Source: Bdellovibrionota bacterium (GTDB taxonomy: Bacteria; Bdellovibrionota_C; UBA2361; JBGSMV01). Taken from it: a stretch of 40,490 nt of DNA. A program made the position numbers and the translations under genes. The notes below the pieces were generated by a model, which was given only the letters and a program-made list of their open reading frames with translations, searched no databases and had not been told where the DNA came from. This document shows positions 17,746-27,889 of this stretch, piece after piece; the stretch's first letter is position 1, and every line of letters starts with the position of its first letter. The stretch lies in contig JBGSMV010000077.1 of the NCBI GenBank assembly GCA_041739995.1, positions 1-40,490 on the forward strand, given 5' to 3'.

Positions 17746-20460
17746 ATGAAGTACGTTGAGGATACCATTCAACAGCGAGCAATCCACGGACTTAGCAACT
17801 TCAAACCCTGGCTTATTGCCACTCTGATAGCATTTTCTTGCGCTGATGCCTTCGCGCAAGTCGACCCCGGCGATTGTAATCGCAACGAGATTCCAGACAT
17901 ATGCGAACTCAACCCTGCTTCTAATCCAGAGCTGTGTCTTGTCAATGCTGGGCCAGCGGTGCCGGCGGCAAATAACTGTCCTGATGCCCAAGAGCTAGAC
18001 ATTGGCTTTTTCTATTCCGGGACCGGCGCGGGTGCGACTAACGACGGCTCTGCTACCTGTGGGGCGGCCGCTACGGGCCCCGACGTTTGGTACAAGTTCA
18101 GAAATCCTCCTTCTTCAGAGGACGGTTCAAGCGCGGACATTGAGGTTAAGTTTTCAATGAGCGGTACTGCTAATCCGAGCTTTAGCTTTGATCCTGTACT
18201 TACCATTTACGATGGTTGCCCTCAAAACGAAGGAGGTATTGTTGCTTGCAATGACGACAATTGCGGGCTCGATTCAGTGCTAACCAGAACTGTATCCGAC
18301 GGAGAGACCATTTTCATTCGGATCGCCAGATTCGCCAGTGGGTCATTCGGCGATTTTCGCATTAACGTGATTGCTCCTGAGGTTCCAAGTTGTATCGGAG
18401 CCGTAGGCAATGGCACTGATTGTGACGAGAACGGGCGCCTTGATTCTTGCGACGTTGAGGTAGAGTTCGGCGGCAATCAAATAGACTGTAACGGCAATTC
18501 CAAGCCAGATTCTTGTGATATCGCACAGTTCAATGGGACCACCATCGATGACGAGGTGGTAAACCTCGATGCAAATTCGAATGGACTTATCGATGTGTGT
18601 GAAGACTGTAACCACAACTCGGTACCGGATGCTTGCGATGTGAACTCCGTTGACTCTGAGACATTCCCGCTTTGGCAGGTAATTGCGGCGGAGCCTTTCC
18701 GTGTTTCTTGCGCGGAGTTCTGCGAAGTACCGGGAAGCGGAGGACCAGAGGGTTTGGGCGAGGGGTTTGCATGCGGGCTTAACTCGGATGTGAACGAGAA
18801 CCTGAGGCCCGACCAGTGTGAGCCGGATTGTAACGGAAACGGGATACCGGATTCTTCTGACATCGAGTCCGGAGCAGCGGTTGATTGCAATACCAACGGA
18901 CGCCCCGATACTTGCGACTTGATTTCGCCGCTGGTGGGAACCGGTAGGTATTCACCGAGTGCTCGAGGTTTTGCGGTCGAAGATAACTACACTCCTCAAG
19001 CAGCCGATATGTTCTATCTCATGTACCCAAGTGCTTCCGGCGCAGGTCGTGAGTTGGTTGGGCCGATTGGGACCTCTGAGTACGGCGCGAAAGACGTTGC
19101 GGTAAACCCAGCTGACGGTGCGATTGTTGCCGTTGGTGGTGGTTTCTTCATCAATGGAAAGGGAGAACCAAACGACGCTCAAAACCTTTACACGGTAAAC
19201 CGTTTCACCGGCGCTGGCATGGCGTTACCTGCGCCCGTGAGTTCGTCTGGTGGGGTTTTCGGCTTAACGTTCTCTACGGATGGTGCCGTCGCTTTTGGAT
19301 CCGGATTCGGAGCAACCTACACTCTTGATCCGGTAAATGGCGGCGCGGCGGTCGACTTGCCACTCGGGAACGGTGGCATTGGGCTTGCTACTTCGTCGGG
19401 GGGAGAAATTTACTCACTTATTCCTCAAACCATTTTCCCGACGGGTCTTGGGCTTGAAGATGAGTGTCTCTCCGGGGTGATTCAGAGAATCGACTCGAGC
19501 ACTGGCGAGGTTCTTGAAGAGAAGCTCGTGGTGGATACCCTGATCGATGTGTGTGGATCGAACCCGGGCCCTCGAGGCGAGGGAGAGTGCCTCGCGTGTC
19601 GCCAGCTGCAAGACATTGCATTTGGAGCCGACGGAATTTTTTACGGCGTGACAAGCCTTGTCGAGTTCAATGATGGTGGTCCAGCCTTCGAATTGGCAGG
19701 CCCTGGCAACGATTTAGTTCGCTTGGTAGCCACGGTTCCTGGTACGCCGGGTCCTGGTCCGACTCCTACTCCAGGATTTGGTGGCCCATCACCAGACTCA
19801 GGATATGAGCTTGAAACGGTAGGCCCTTTGTTCTTATTGCCGACCGGTCTCGGTGGTGGTCTTCCTCCGGGCAGTATCGACTGTGACGGCAATTCGCAGC
19901 CAGATGAATGCCAAGCTGATTGTGATGGCGATGGAGTTCCTGATTCTTGCGATTCCACCACTGGCATTGACGCCTGTGGAGTTTGTCTTGGAGACGGCGC
20001 TTCTTGTGCGTGTACGGAAGCGAGCTTCGTTACTGAACAAGGAGACCTAGACGGCAGTGCCCGTGAGTTGAAAGAGACGGTGCATCTTGCGGCACACACC
20101 CTAGAACAGCGCAGTCGCAACAACCGACGTAATAAGCGCTTTGCTAGAGACTCGCGTCGCAAGGCTACTGACCTCTATACACAGGCTTGGGAGATAACCT
20201 GGGGACGTATTCCTGCGACAATCACCACTTGTACCGACGCTGCTCAATGCGCGACCGTAAGCAATGAAGGCGCTAAGAATGAGTATCGTGACGCTATGAA
20301 TGGATTGAGGCAGTTGGTGACCGATGTGACCAAGAGGCTTTCTAAAACCGGTGTGCGTAAAAAGAAGACCCGTCGTCTAAATAAAACGGCAGATGCGCAG
20401 CTCGCGACGGCCTTTGCTCAAATCGAGCAAATCCCTTCAACGTCTAGCGATTGTAGCTAG
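17746..20460 (+). CDS. Large secreted Cys/Asp-repeat (DCNxNGxPDxC) protein with PPC-like and propeller-like regions
   Basis: GAGGGAG RBS; signal peptide; many DCx.NG.PD.C units; GPDVWY..FDPVL.IYDGC..ACNDD module; basic helical C-terminal domain. Confidence 0.85.
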   Translation: MKYVEDTIQQRAIHGLSNFKPWLIATLIAFSCADAFAQVDPGDCNRNEIPDICELNPASNPELCLVNAGPAVPAANNCPDAQELDIGFFYSGTGAGATNDGSATCGAAATGPDVWYKFRNPPSSEDGSSADIEVKFSMSGTANPSFSFDPVLTIYDGCPQNEGGIVACNDDNCGLDSVLTRTVSDGETIFIRIARFASGSFGDFRINVIAPEVPSCIGAVGNGTDCDENGRLDSCDVEVEFGGNQIDCNGNSKPDSCDIAQFNGTTIDDEVVNLDANSNGLIDVCEDCNHNSVPDACDVNSVDSETFPLWQVIAAEPFRVSCAEFCEVPGSGGPEGLGEGFACGLNSDVNENLRPDQCEPDCNGNGIPDSSDIESGAAVDCNTNGRPDTCDLISPLVGTGRYSPSARGFAVEDNYTPQAADMFYLMYPSASGAGRELVGPIGTSEYGAKDVAVNPADGAIVAVGGGFFINGKGEPNDAQNLYTVNRFTGAGMALPAPVSSSGGVFGLTFSTDGAVAFGSGFGATYTLDPVNGGAAVDLPLGNGGIGLATSSGGEIYSLIPQTIFPTGLGLEDECLSGVIQRIDSSTGEVLEEKLVVDTLIDVCGSNPGPRGEGECLACRQLQDIAFGADGIFYGVTSLVEFNDGGPAFELAGPGNDLVRLVATVPGTPGPGPTPTPGFGGPSPDSGYELETVGPLFLLPTGLGGGLPPGSIDCDGNSQPDECQADCDGDGVPDSCDSTTGIDACGVCLGDGASCACTEASFVTEQGDLDGSARELKETVHLAAHTLEQRSRNNRRNKRFARDSRRKATDLYTQAWEITWGRIPATITTCTDAAQCATVSNEGAKNEYRDAMNGLRQLVTDVTKRLSKTGVRKKKTRRLNKTADAQLATAFAQIEQIPSTSSDCS

Positions 20461-20464
20461 GAGT

Positions 20465-20533
20465 CTGTGGCACAGGCACTGTGACCCAGGCTCTGTGACC
20501 CAGGCACTGTGACCCAGGCACTGAGCCCAGGCA
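20465..20533. repeat. 14-bp tandem repeat (CTGTGACCCAGGCA) x5
   Basis: Units at 20465, 20479, 20493, 20507 and 20521; begins just after the upstream stop codon. Confidence 0.92.
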
Positions 20534-20837
20534 TAGGCGACGAGGTCCCGCCCCCCGAAGCCTGCTCGAATGAAATGGCAGCCAGAGCACGTGCGAGCGA
20601 AGGCGGATCCTCATGTGCAGGGCGGTGTCCAAGCTCAGCGTGGGGCACTGTAGCCCCTCGCTAATCCAGAGGTGAACCTCACACCGAGGGACTCTGGGGC
20701 CTGCGAGCTTTGGGGAGCTTTGAAGTCTCGAAACGTTCAGAGCCTGTCGGGCAAGAATCGGCTTAAGCGTCCATTGTCTAGGCGTCTGTCTAGCTAGGCG
20801 TCTGTCTAAGCGTCCACGTCAATCGAAGAGCGCGCCT

Positions 20838-21656
20838 TTATCTACCAGTTGCATCCGCGATTTTCGCTAGTTCGGCAAACGACTCATCCGTAAGACTGGC
20901 TTTCCCCACTAGTGCGCCCGAAACCAGTGGAATTTTCAGGATAGAGAAGAAGTTTTCAGGTGAGACGCTGCCGCCATATAGGACCGGTGGCACTGGGACT
21001 TTGCAGTGTTCTTTCCACCAGCCAGCAATAAATCCATGCGCTTCGCCGATGTCTGACAAGGAAGCCGCGCGACCAGTTCCTATCGCCCAGACAGGTTCGT
21101 AGGCCAGAATTAGTGCCGGTGAAGTCGTCGGGGAGGTTGAAGCTGCGATATCTCTGCACAACTCAGCCAAAGGGTCGTCTTCTCCAAGTAGTGCAGCTAA
21201 GGGCCCCAGTTGACTAGCGAGAACTTCATTCGTCTTCTTAGTTTTTCGCTGCTCTGCGGTTTCTCCGATGCAAAAAATAACAGAGAGCGAACCTTGAAGG
21301 GCAGCTTTGGTTCTCAGTGCGGCCGTCTCCGAAGTTTCTCCAAAGAGTTGTCGTCGTTCTGAGTGACCGACGATTACAAAGTCGCAACTAGCGTCGCGCA
21401 GTTGCTCGACAGAGACTTCCCCGGTGAAGGCCCCAGACAAATCCCAATGTACATGTTGTCCACCGAGTCGGACTCGGTGTGTGCCAGGAGTTGAGCGTCG
21501 AAGCTCCTCAGCGACAGGAGTGATCAGCGGAAACGAGGGCGCGAGCCAGATCTGAGCATGCGTAAGCTCTTTGGCGATTTTTGCGCTCGACTCAGCAAGC
21601 GCGCGGGCAGAGCTGCTGGTGAGGTTCATCTTCCAGTTCGCTACGAGGTACTCCAC
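20838..21656 (-). CDS. tpiA: Triosephosphate isomerase
   Basis: ANWKMN, GAFTGEVS, GHSERR, AYEPVWAIGTG and LYGGSV motifs. Confidence 0.97.
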   Translation of the reverse strand: MEYLVANWKMNLTSSSARALAESSAKIAKELTHAQIWLAPSFPLITPVAEELRRSTPGTHRVRLGGQHVHWDLSGAFTGEVSVEQLRDASCDFVIVGHSERRQLFGETSETAALRTKAALQGSLSVIFCIGETAEQRKTKKTNEVLASQLGPLAALLGEDDPLAELCRDIAASTSPTTSPALILAYEPVWAIGTGRAASLSDIGEAHGFIAGWWKEHCKVPVPPVLYGGSVSPENFFSILKIPLVSGALVGKASLTDESFAELAKIADATGR

Positions 21657-21703
21657 GCGCGGCCTATAAGGTAAGTTACTGTGATATTAAAGCACGGAGC
21701 TTG

Positions 21704-22717
21704 TTAGTGCCCACCTGCCAGCAGTCTGGTCAAGTCAATCATACGAGCGGAAAATCCAACCTCGTTATCGTACCAAGCGATTACTTTGGCCATACGCTTT
21801 TGAACTACCATGGTATTAAGTGCGTCAACGGTGGCTGAAAAGTTCGAACCAATATAGTCCGACGAGACCAGCGGCTCCTCTGAGTAGCCCAGGATGCCTT
21901 TGAGAGAGAATTCGCTAGCCTTCTTCAGCGCTGCGTTAATCTCCTGAGCGGTGGCGTCCTTTTCAAGTTCACACACAAAGTCCACTAAGGAAACATTTGG
22001 GGTGGGGACCCGAATCGCAAAGCCATCGCATTTGCCTGCCATTGAAGGAATGACGAGTCCAATAGCCTTTGCAGCACCAGTAGAAGTCGGAATCATCGAA
22101 AGCCCAGCTGCTCGTGCGCGACGTAAGTCTCGGTGAGGAAGATCTAATACGTTCTGGTCATTGGTATACGAATGGATAGTGGTCATGGTGCCGCGAATTA
22201 CTCCGAAATTGTCGACCAAGACTTTGGCCACTGGAGCAAGGCAGTTAGTGGTGCAAGAGGCGCAGCTGACTACGTCGTGCTTCTCGGCAGAGTAAATCTC
22301 CTGGTTCACCCCAAAGGCGATGGTGGCGTCGGCGTTCTTGGACGGAGCTGAGATGATGACTTTTCTAGCCCCGGCCTTCAGGTGAAGCGCCGCCTTGTCG
22401 CGGTCAGTGAACGCGCCGGTGCACTCGAGCACCACATCAATCTTGGCATCCTTCCAGGGCAAAGCAGCAGGGTCTTTAATGGCCGATACTGCAATCTTTT
22501 CCCCTTTCACACTGATGGACTGCTCCTCTGAGCTGACAGTCTCAGCGAACGTACGGTGGACAGAATCGTACTTGAGCAGATGGGCGAGGGTCTTTGAGTC
22601 CGTGAGGTCGTTAATAGCAACGACTTTTATCTCTTTGGTGAGGTCATGTTGGTAAAGATGACGGAGCACCAATCGACCAATTCGTCCAAATCCGTTGATT
22701 GCCACTCGAATTGTCAT
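21704..22717 (-). CDS. gap: Type I glyceraldehyde-3-phosphate dehydrogenase
   Basis: INGFGRIGR, ASCTTNCLAP and WYDNE motifs; GGAGG RBS before ATG 22717. Confidence 0.98.
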   Translation of the reverse strand: MTIRVAINGFGRIGRLVLRHLYQHDLTKEIKVVAINDLTDSKTLAHLLKYDSVHRTFAETVSSEEQSISVKGEKIAVSAIKDPAALPWKDAKIDVVLECTGAFTDRDKAALHLKAGARKVIISAPSKNADATIAFGVNQEIYSAEKHDVVSCASCTTNCLAPVAKVLVDNFGVIRGTMTTIHSYTNDQNVLDLPHRDLRRARAAGLSMIPTSTGAAKAIGLVIPSMAGKCDGFAIRVPTPNVSLVDFVCELEKDATAQEINAALKKASEFSLKGILGYSEEPLVSSDYIGSNFSATVDALNTMVVQKRMAKVIAWYDNEVGFSARMIDLTRLLAGGH

Positions 22718-23010
22718 ATCAGTCCTCCGCCGATGGGTTGTAGTAGGGATACTTAGGCCAAGACGGTACGAAACGAGGAGCAGAACGTCAATCAAGCTCA
22801 GGCTTTATAAAAGCTGCGATATTGTGCCTTAGCCAAAGTACCCCTATTATTTCCACGGATTTTTGTTGCCGTGAGGGGAGGGCAGCTCCGGAATCATCTC
22901 TCTCCCCTGTTCGTTGACGTCGTTGAGCTCGGCGCCTCGAGGTGGAACCTTGAGGTAAGGACTGTGCGATCGCAGCCAAACTTTTAGTGTATAAATGTCA
23001 GGTCATACAT

Positions 23011-23784
23011 ATGAATCCAGATGAAGTGGGACAGGTAGTAGAGCGCAGCGCTGAGGTGGCGGGTTCTTTAGCCGCGGGAGTCGTGGACCCAACGGCATCA
23101 GTTCTTACAAATCCAAGCATCCTCAACATGGTGCTGGGCTCGGGCCCCGTGGTCCAGGTGGTCTTAATCATTTTGGTGATGCTGTCCGTTTGGACCTGGG
23201 CAATTACTATTGCAAAGATTCTACAGTTTCGACGTGCGCAGTCTGACACGCGCGCGTTTAGCGCCATGTTTTGGGAGACCAGAAATCTTGCGCGAGTTGA
23301 TGACGCCACCAGGCGCTTAAGTGCCAGCCCACTGGCGCACGTATTCTCTTCTGGATATCGCGAGTTGTCGCATGTGCTTCAGAATGGAGAGACAGCTCGT
23401 TCGCACACTCCAGAGACTCTGCTTGGAACAGTAGAGCGAGCGTTGAAGCGTGCTGAACTCGAGGAGTCGGTAAAGCTTGAGCGCGGAATTACGTTCCTTG
23501 CAACCACTGCGAGTGCCGCACCCTTTATCGGACTGTTCGGTACGGTGTGGGGTATCATGAACGCGTTTCATTCCTTGGGCTTTGCCAAGGCGACTACTAT
23601 CCAAGCGGTAGCGCCCGGTATCTCTGAAGCGCTTGTTGCCACGGCAGTAGGACTTGCGGCGGCGATTCCTGCAGCGATTGCGTTCAATTTCTTCGCAGTA
23701 GCGGTGCGCCGATTTAGAGAGTCCATGGACAAGTTTAGTAGCGAGTTCCTAAGCCTTGCGCGACAGCACGTTCCTGCACGCTAG
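23011..23784 (+). CDS. tolQ: TolQ (MotA/TolQ/ExbB family)
   Basis: FLATTASAAPFIGLFGTVWGIM and VAPGISEALVATAVGLAAAIPA; first gene of the tol-pal cluster. Start uncertain. Confidence 0.93.
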   Translation: MNPDEVGQVVERSAEVAGSLAAGVVDPTASVLTNPSILNMVLGSGPVVQVVLIILVMLSVWTWAITIAKILQFRRAQSDTRAFSAMFWETRNLARVDDATRRLSASPLAHVFSSGYRELSHVLQNGETARSHTPETLLGTVERALKRAELEESVKLERGITFLATTASAAPFIGLFGTVWGIMNAFHSLGFAKATTIQAVAPGISEALVATAVGLAAAIPAAIAFNFFAVAVRRFRESMDKFSSEFLSLARQHVPAR

Positions 23785-23910
23785 TCGTGCGGTGTGAAGG
23801 ATGCGGTATGTTAGATTGAGCGTTGATTGATGAGGCTCCGCTTGAGGGCGGGAGCGTCTGGTTAGTGTTTGCGCGATCGCTTGAGCGATTGCTTTGTTGA
23901 GGGCAGCATA

Positions 23911-24348
23911 ATGGGCTTTTCGAGCGGTGGAGATAGTTACGGCGGTAGCGGTCCTATGGCGGAGATCAACGTGACTCCGCTGGTGGATGTGATGCTTGTG
24001 TTGCTTATCATATTCATGGTCGCCGCTCCCATGTTGCAACAAGGCGTCGAAGTGAATCTACCTAAGGCGACTAATGCCCCGCTGCCGGGGAGTTCTGACC
24101 AGTTAATGATCTCTATCGACCAGAAAGGAACGGTGTTCCTTGGGGCGGGAAATGAAATTGCTCCCGCAGAGGTTGGGACCAAGGTGGCAGTAATCCTTGC
24201 CAAGCGAGCAGAGGAAGATCGCAAGGTATATATCAAGGCCGATGCCGGGTTGGAGTATGCAGTGTTGATGGAAGTTATGAGCAATCTGCATCAATCTGGG
24301 GTGACCCAAATTGGACTTGTATCGGCACCACGCCCGGGGGCGCGCTAA
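23911..24348 (+). CDS. tolR: TolR (ExbD/TolR family)
   Basis: AEINVTPLVDVMLVLLIIFMVAAP and YIKAD motifs. Confidence 0.93.
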   Translation: MGFSSGGDSYGGSGPMAEINVTPLVDVMLVLLIIFMVAAPMLQQGVEVNLPKATNAPLPGSSDQLMISIDQKGTVFLGAGNEIAPAEVGTKVAVILAKRAEEDRKVYIKADAGLEYAVLMEVMSNLHQSGVTQIGLVSAPRPGAR

Positions 24349-24512
24349 GGCGAGATAAGTCGCATCGCGAACGTTCGCGATAAGAGCCGAGACTGAGAAT
24401 CCAACGCTACGCAAGGAAGCCGGCAAGGTGTTCGAGTCAGAGAAGTGAATACGAGGGTTGTGGTGGCGAGGCTGTTTAAGGTGCATGGCGTGAAGTGCTT
24501 TAGGTGCGCCGT

Positions 24513-25451
24513 ATGAAGTCCCACGGAGACTCTGTATCGGGTGGCGACTCTGTTTTAGGCGGGGACTCTGTTTCAGGCGGGGATTCTGTTTCAGGTCGGG
24601 ATTGTGTCTCAGGTGGGGACTATGCCCTGGGGATGTCGCTTTCCGGCGTCGCGCATGTAGTGCTGTTTTATCTGATGTTCTCCATCTCTGGAGCAACGCC
24701 CCCGCAGTTTGACGAAGTGGTGTATTCAGTCACCATAGAAGGCGGCAAGACCTTAGGTGGTATTCAGCAAGTTCCTAAGGACGACAAGAAGGTCGTACAA
24801 GCGGTTCCGCGCAACGTGAGCGAGCCGGAGGTCAAATCAAATGAGAAGCCGCAGCTGGATGACTCCAAAGAGATAGACGCTGTTCCGGAAAAAGACTCAG
24901 AGATATCGTTAGCCACTCCGGTCCCCACAAAGGCGCCAACGCCACTTCCGACGGCCGTCCCCGCTAAGCCAACTCCACCCAAGGCGGCTCCAACCAAGAA
25001 GCCCACTCCTAAAAAGACTGCGACGCCTCGGGCACCAACGAAAGCAGATCTGAACAAGGAATATCAGGCCACGATGCAGAAGTATCTTGGTGAATCATCT
25101 AAGGCCGGCGGAAAGGGGTTCGGAGCTGCGGCGCAGACTGGCGAGAGGGGCATGGGCGGTGGCGTCTTAAGGCCCCCAGAATTTTTCAGATATAGAGACC
25201 TACTCGAGACCTTCGTGAAGAGCGGCTGGAGATGGATCGACCCTCAGTCGCGTTTAAGTGCTGCAGTAGTCTTTAACATCGCTCCGGACGGTGTGGTGTC
25301 TGGCGTTCGTATTGAGCGCTCTTCAGGGAACCGAGAGTTTGATGAATCGGTACTTAGAGCGGTGCACAAGGCGAATCCTGTTCCAAAGCCGCCTCCGAGT
25401 GTATATGAAGAGTACTTCAGATCGGTTCGAATGATTTTCGAGCCGCACTAA
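24513..25451 (+). CDS. tolA: TolA / TonB-C-terminal-domain protein
   Basis: SxxxH TM motif (SGVAH); Pro/Lys/Thr linker; SSGNREFDESVLRAV..A.P.P.PP C-domain; position between tolR and tolB. Confidence 0.85.
   Translation: MKSHGDSVSGGDSVLGGDSVSGGDSVSGRDCVSGGDYALGMSLSGVAHVVLFYLMFSISGATPPQFDEVVYSVTIEGGKTLGGIQQVPKDDKKVVQAVPRNVSEPEVKSNEKPQLDDSKEIDAVPEKDSEISLATPVPTKAPTPLPTAVPAKPTPPKAAPTKKPTPKKTATPRAPTKADLNKEYQATMQKYLGESSKAGGKGFGAAAQTGERGMGGGVLRPPEFFRYRDLLETFVKSGWRWIDPQSRLSAAVVFNIAPDGVVSGVRIERSSGNREFDESVLRAVHKANPVPKPPPSVYEEYFRSVRMIFEPH
24525..24632 (+). repeat. 18-bp coding tandem repeat x6 encoding GDSVSG-like units
   Basis: Units at 24525, 24543, 24561, 24579, 24597 and 24615. Confidence 0.9.
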
Positions 25452-25509
25452 TCGCAGGCGATGCTGCCCGCGAGAGGTCGCCTGCATATGCATCCATAGA
25501 GGAAAGTCA

Positions 25510-26931
25510 GTGACCAATTATCTTGCCTCCTTCCGTCTCCCTCAAAAAAGTGCGCTTTTATCCACTGAAATGATTTCTGCGCCAGCTGGAACTGCACGAA
25601 CCTTGAGCTTGTTGTTGATCGGGTTGCTGAGTGCCTTTCTAGGCTTTGCGCCTCATGCGGACGCACAGACCGACATCTTTATTCGTGGCGCAGGAAAGAA
25701 AATTCCCGTGGCAGTTCCGCAGCTGTGTCTACAATCGGGCGATTTCACCACTTCCACTAACGTACCAAATGGAGATCCTCCCAGGGATATTCCGCGCATC
25801 ATCGGACGCGACCTGGACCTCTCAGGCGTCTTCGAAGTCATGGATCCGGGCGGCTACATTGAGACCCCCGGGAAGTGCGGCTCTCCAGAACAGCTAGTTT
25901 ATTCAGATTGGTCGGTGATTGGCGTCGAAGGTTTGGTGCGCGGAGTGGTGACTTTTGATGGAGCGCGTTTGCGGGTGCAAATGTTTCTTCACGACGTGCA
26001 GCGCCAGAAAGTACTACTCGGCAAAGAATACGAAGGTGATATTACGCAGGTGCCGGCCATTGCGCATCGTTTCGCTAACGAGGTGTACCGTATGTTCACC
26101 GGAGAGGAAGGCGTGTTCGGAACTCAAATAGCCTACTCCTCTAAAGTTGGGCGATTTCGAGAGTTGTTCTTGATGGACATGGATGGAAGCAATGTTCGAC
26201 AGCTCACCAACGATAGAGCGTTGGCGGTATCGCCCTCTTGGGATCCTATAGGAAAGACCCTGGTGTTTACTTCCTATATGAACAGAGTTCCTGACCTGTA
26301 TCTGCTGAACGTGTCGCAGCGAGTCAAGCGGCAAGTTACCAGAGGAAATGCGCTCGAGTTGGGCGCAAGGTTTTCGAGCGACGGATCGAAACTACTGACT
26401 TCGATAAATGATGACGGACGTTCACGCATTGTGTTGATGAACCTCGACGGAACCATCGTTCAGTCGCTGACCCCGGTAAGTCGTGGCATCGACGTGTCGC
26501 CTGTCTGGTCTCCCGATCAACGCCAAGTTGCTTTTTGCTCTAATCGCGGCGGAGGGCCGCAGATCTATGTGATGGGGGCGGATGGATCGAGTCCTAAGCG
26601 CATCAGCTATGTGAACTCCAACTACTGCACGTCGCCTGCCTGGTCCCCTAAGGGAGACCGGATTGCCTACGTTTGTCGCTCTGACGGAGGTTTTAATATC
26701 TTTGTTTCAGATTTGGGCGGTTTGAACCCTCTCCAGCTGACCAGCGTGGGAGACAATGAGGACCCTGACTGGGCTCCTAATGGCAAATATATCGTGTTCA
26801 GTTCGACTCTGGGGCGAGGCTTCGTTAAGAGCATCGCATTGATGAAGGACGACGGATCGAGCATTAAAAAGCTTACTACCGCCCGGATAGGCGATATGGA
26901 GCCACGCTGGGGCCCACTCCCAAGGCGATGA
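25510..26931 (+). CDS. tolB: TolB beta-propeller protein
   Basis: TolB N-domain (DLDLSGVF, AHRFANEV, G.F.TQIAY) plus PD40 repeats (SPVWSPD, SPAWSPKG). Start may be 25570. Confidence 0.95.
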   Translation: MTNYLASFRLPQKSALLSTEMISAPAGTARTLSLLLIGLLSAFLGFAPHADAQTDIFIRGAGKKIPVAVPQLCLQSGDFTTSTNVPNGDPPRDIPRIIGRDLDLSGVFEVMDPGGYIETPGKCGSPEQLVYSDWSVIGVEGLVRGVVTFDGARLRVQMFLHDVQRQKVLLGKEYEGDITQVPAIAHRFANEVYRMFTGEEGVFGTQIAYSSKVGRFRELFLMDMDGSNVRQLTNDRALAVSPSWDPIGKTLVFTSYMNRVPDLYLLNVSQRVKRQVTRGNALELGARFSSDGSKLLTSINDDGRSRIVLMNLDGTIVQSLTPVSRGIDVSPVWSPDQRQVAFCSNRGGGPQIYVMGADGSSPKRISYVNSNYCTSPAWSPKGDRIAYVCRSDGGFNIFVSDLGGLNPLQLTSVGDNEDPDWAPNGKYIVFSSTLGRGFVKSIALMKDDGSSIKKLTTARIGDMEPRWGPLPRR

Positions 26932-27276
26932 TGCCGCCAACGAGGGTCGTCTGAGGGGGGCGACTCGATTCAACGCTCAGCAACTTAGTGTTACCACAGA
27001 CGATTTTTGATTGCAGGACCTTTCAGCTTGGTCTAAAAACGGGCACTGTGTAGGGGAGTTCGGGGTCAAGTATAGACCAGCCGAGATCCGCGAGGCGTGA
27101 ATTCGAGCTCTCAGCGTGAGTTCAGGCCCTCAGCGAGCGAGTTGGCTCTTGTCGTCGGTGGTGTAGTTTCGCAACACTTTTGTTGCGAGGTTCCCGGATG
27201 ATGATAGTGAGCGAAGGCACGCTTGGTGAGTGGAGAAGTTAATTTTAGCCGATTTGAAACCAGGTAGGAGATTGTT

Positions 27277-27732
27277 ATGCGAATTGTGAAAGTGGTTTTG
27301 GTAGCTTGCGCGTTGCTCGCAGTTACGGGATGCGCGTGTAGGACAAAGAAGGTCGGCCCCGCTGATGCGCAGGCGAACGTGCCGGTGGCGCGAGAGGGCA
27401 TTGAGCTTGGCGACGTATACTTTGCCTTTGATTCATATGTTTTGAGCGAAGCTGCAAAGTCAACGTTGGGCGTAAATGCAAACTGGCTCAAAGCAAATGC
27501 TTCAGCGCGAGTGCAAGTTGAGGGACATTGCGACGAGCGTGGAACGAACGAGTACAACATGGTGCTTGGAGCGAATCGCGCGCGTGCGGCATACGACTAT
27601 CTTCGTTCACTCGGAGTGTCTGAGTCTCGCATGAGCACCGTCAGCTACGGCGAAGAGCTTCCGCTCGACCCGGCACATAACGAAGCAGCGTGGGCCAAGA
27701 ATAGGCGCGCACACTTCAACGTGCAGAAGTAA
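27277..27732 (+). CDS. pal: Peptidoglycan-associated lipoprotein
   Basis: AGGAG RBS; lipobox VTGC; VYFAFDS, EGHCDERGTNEYNMVLG, SYGEE and NRRA motifs. Confidence 0.97.
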   Translation: MRIVKVVLVACALLAVTGCACRTKKVGPADAQANVPVAREGIELGDVYFAFDSYVLSEAAKSTLGVNANWLKANASARVQVEGHCDERGTNEYNMVLGANRARAAYDYLRSLGVSESRMSTVSYGEELPLDPAHNEAAWAKNRRAHFNVQK

Positions 27733-27823
27733 GTTGCAGCGAACGTCGACACTATCGTCGTGCGAGGCGCTGACTTAAGGCGCTGAGTCGAGTGGTAGTG
27801 CCGGATGTTTAAGTGCTGTGATT

Positions 27824-27864
27824 GAAGGGCGAGTGGGTCGAAAGGCCCCTCGCCCTTTCTTTTT
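27824..27864 (+). terminator. Intrinsic terminator after pal
   Basis: GAAGGGCGAG-T-GGGTC-GAAA-GGCCC-CTCGCCCTTT followed by CTTTTT. Confidence 0.8.
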
Positions 27865-27889
27865 ACTCCGACTAGTGTGCTCAAAGAGC

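Noticed and set aside
20465..20533. CRISPR array (also considered for 35875-35934 and 24525-24632)
   Set aside because: Units are head-to-tail with no unique spacers, are too short, and no cas genes are present.
20838..22717. gap-tpiA without pgk
   Set aside because: A real observation but a common rearrangement; the 47-bp gap holds no pgk remnant.
27818..27889. N-terminal extension of cpoB given by the ORF track
   Set aside because: It runs through the pal terminator; a later start is more plausible.
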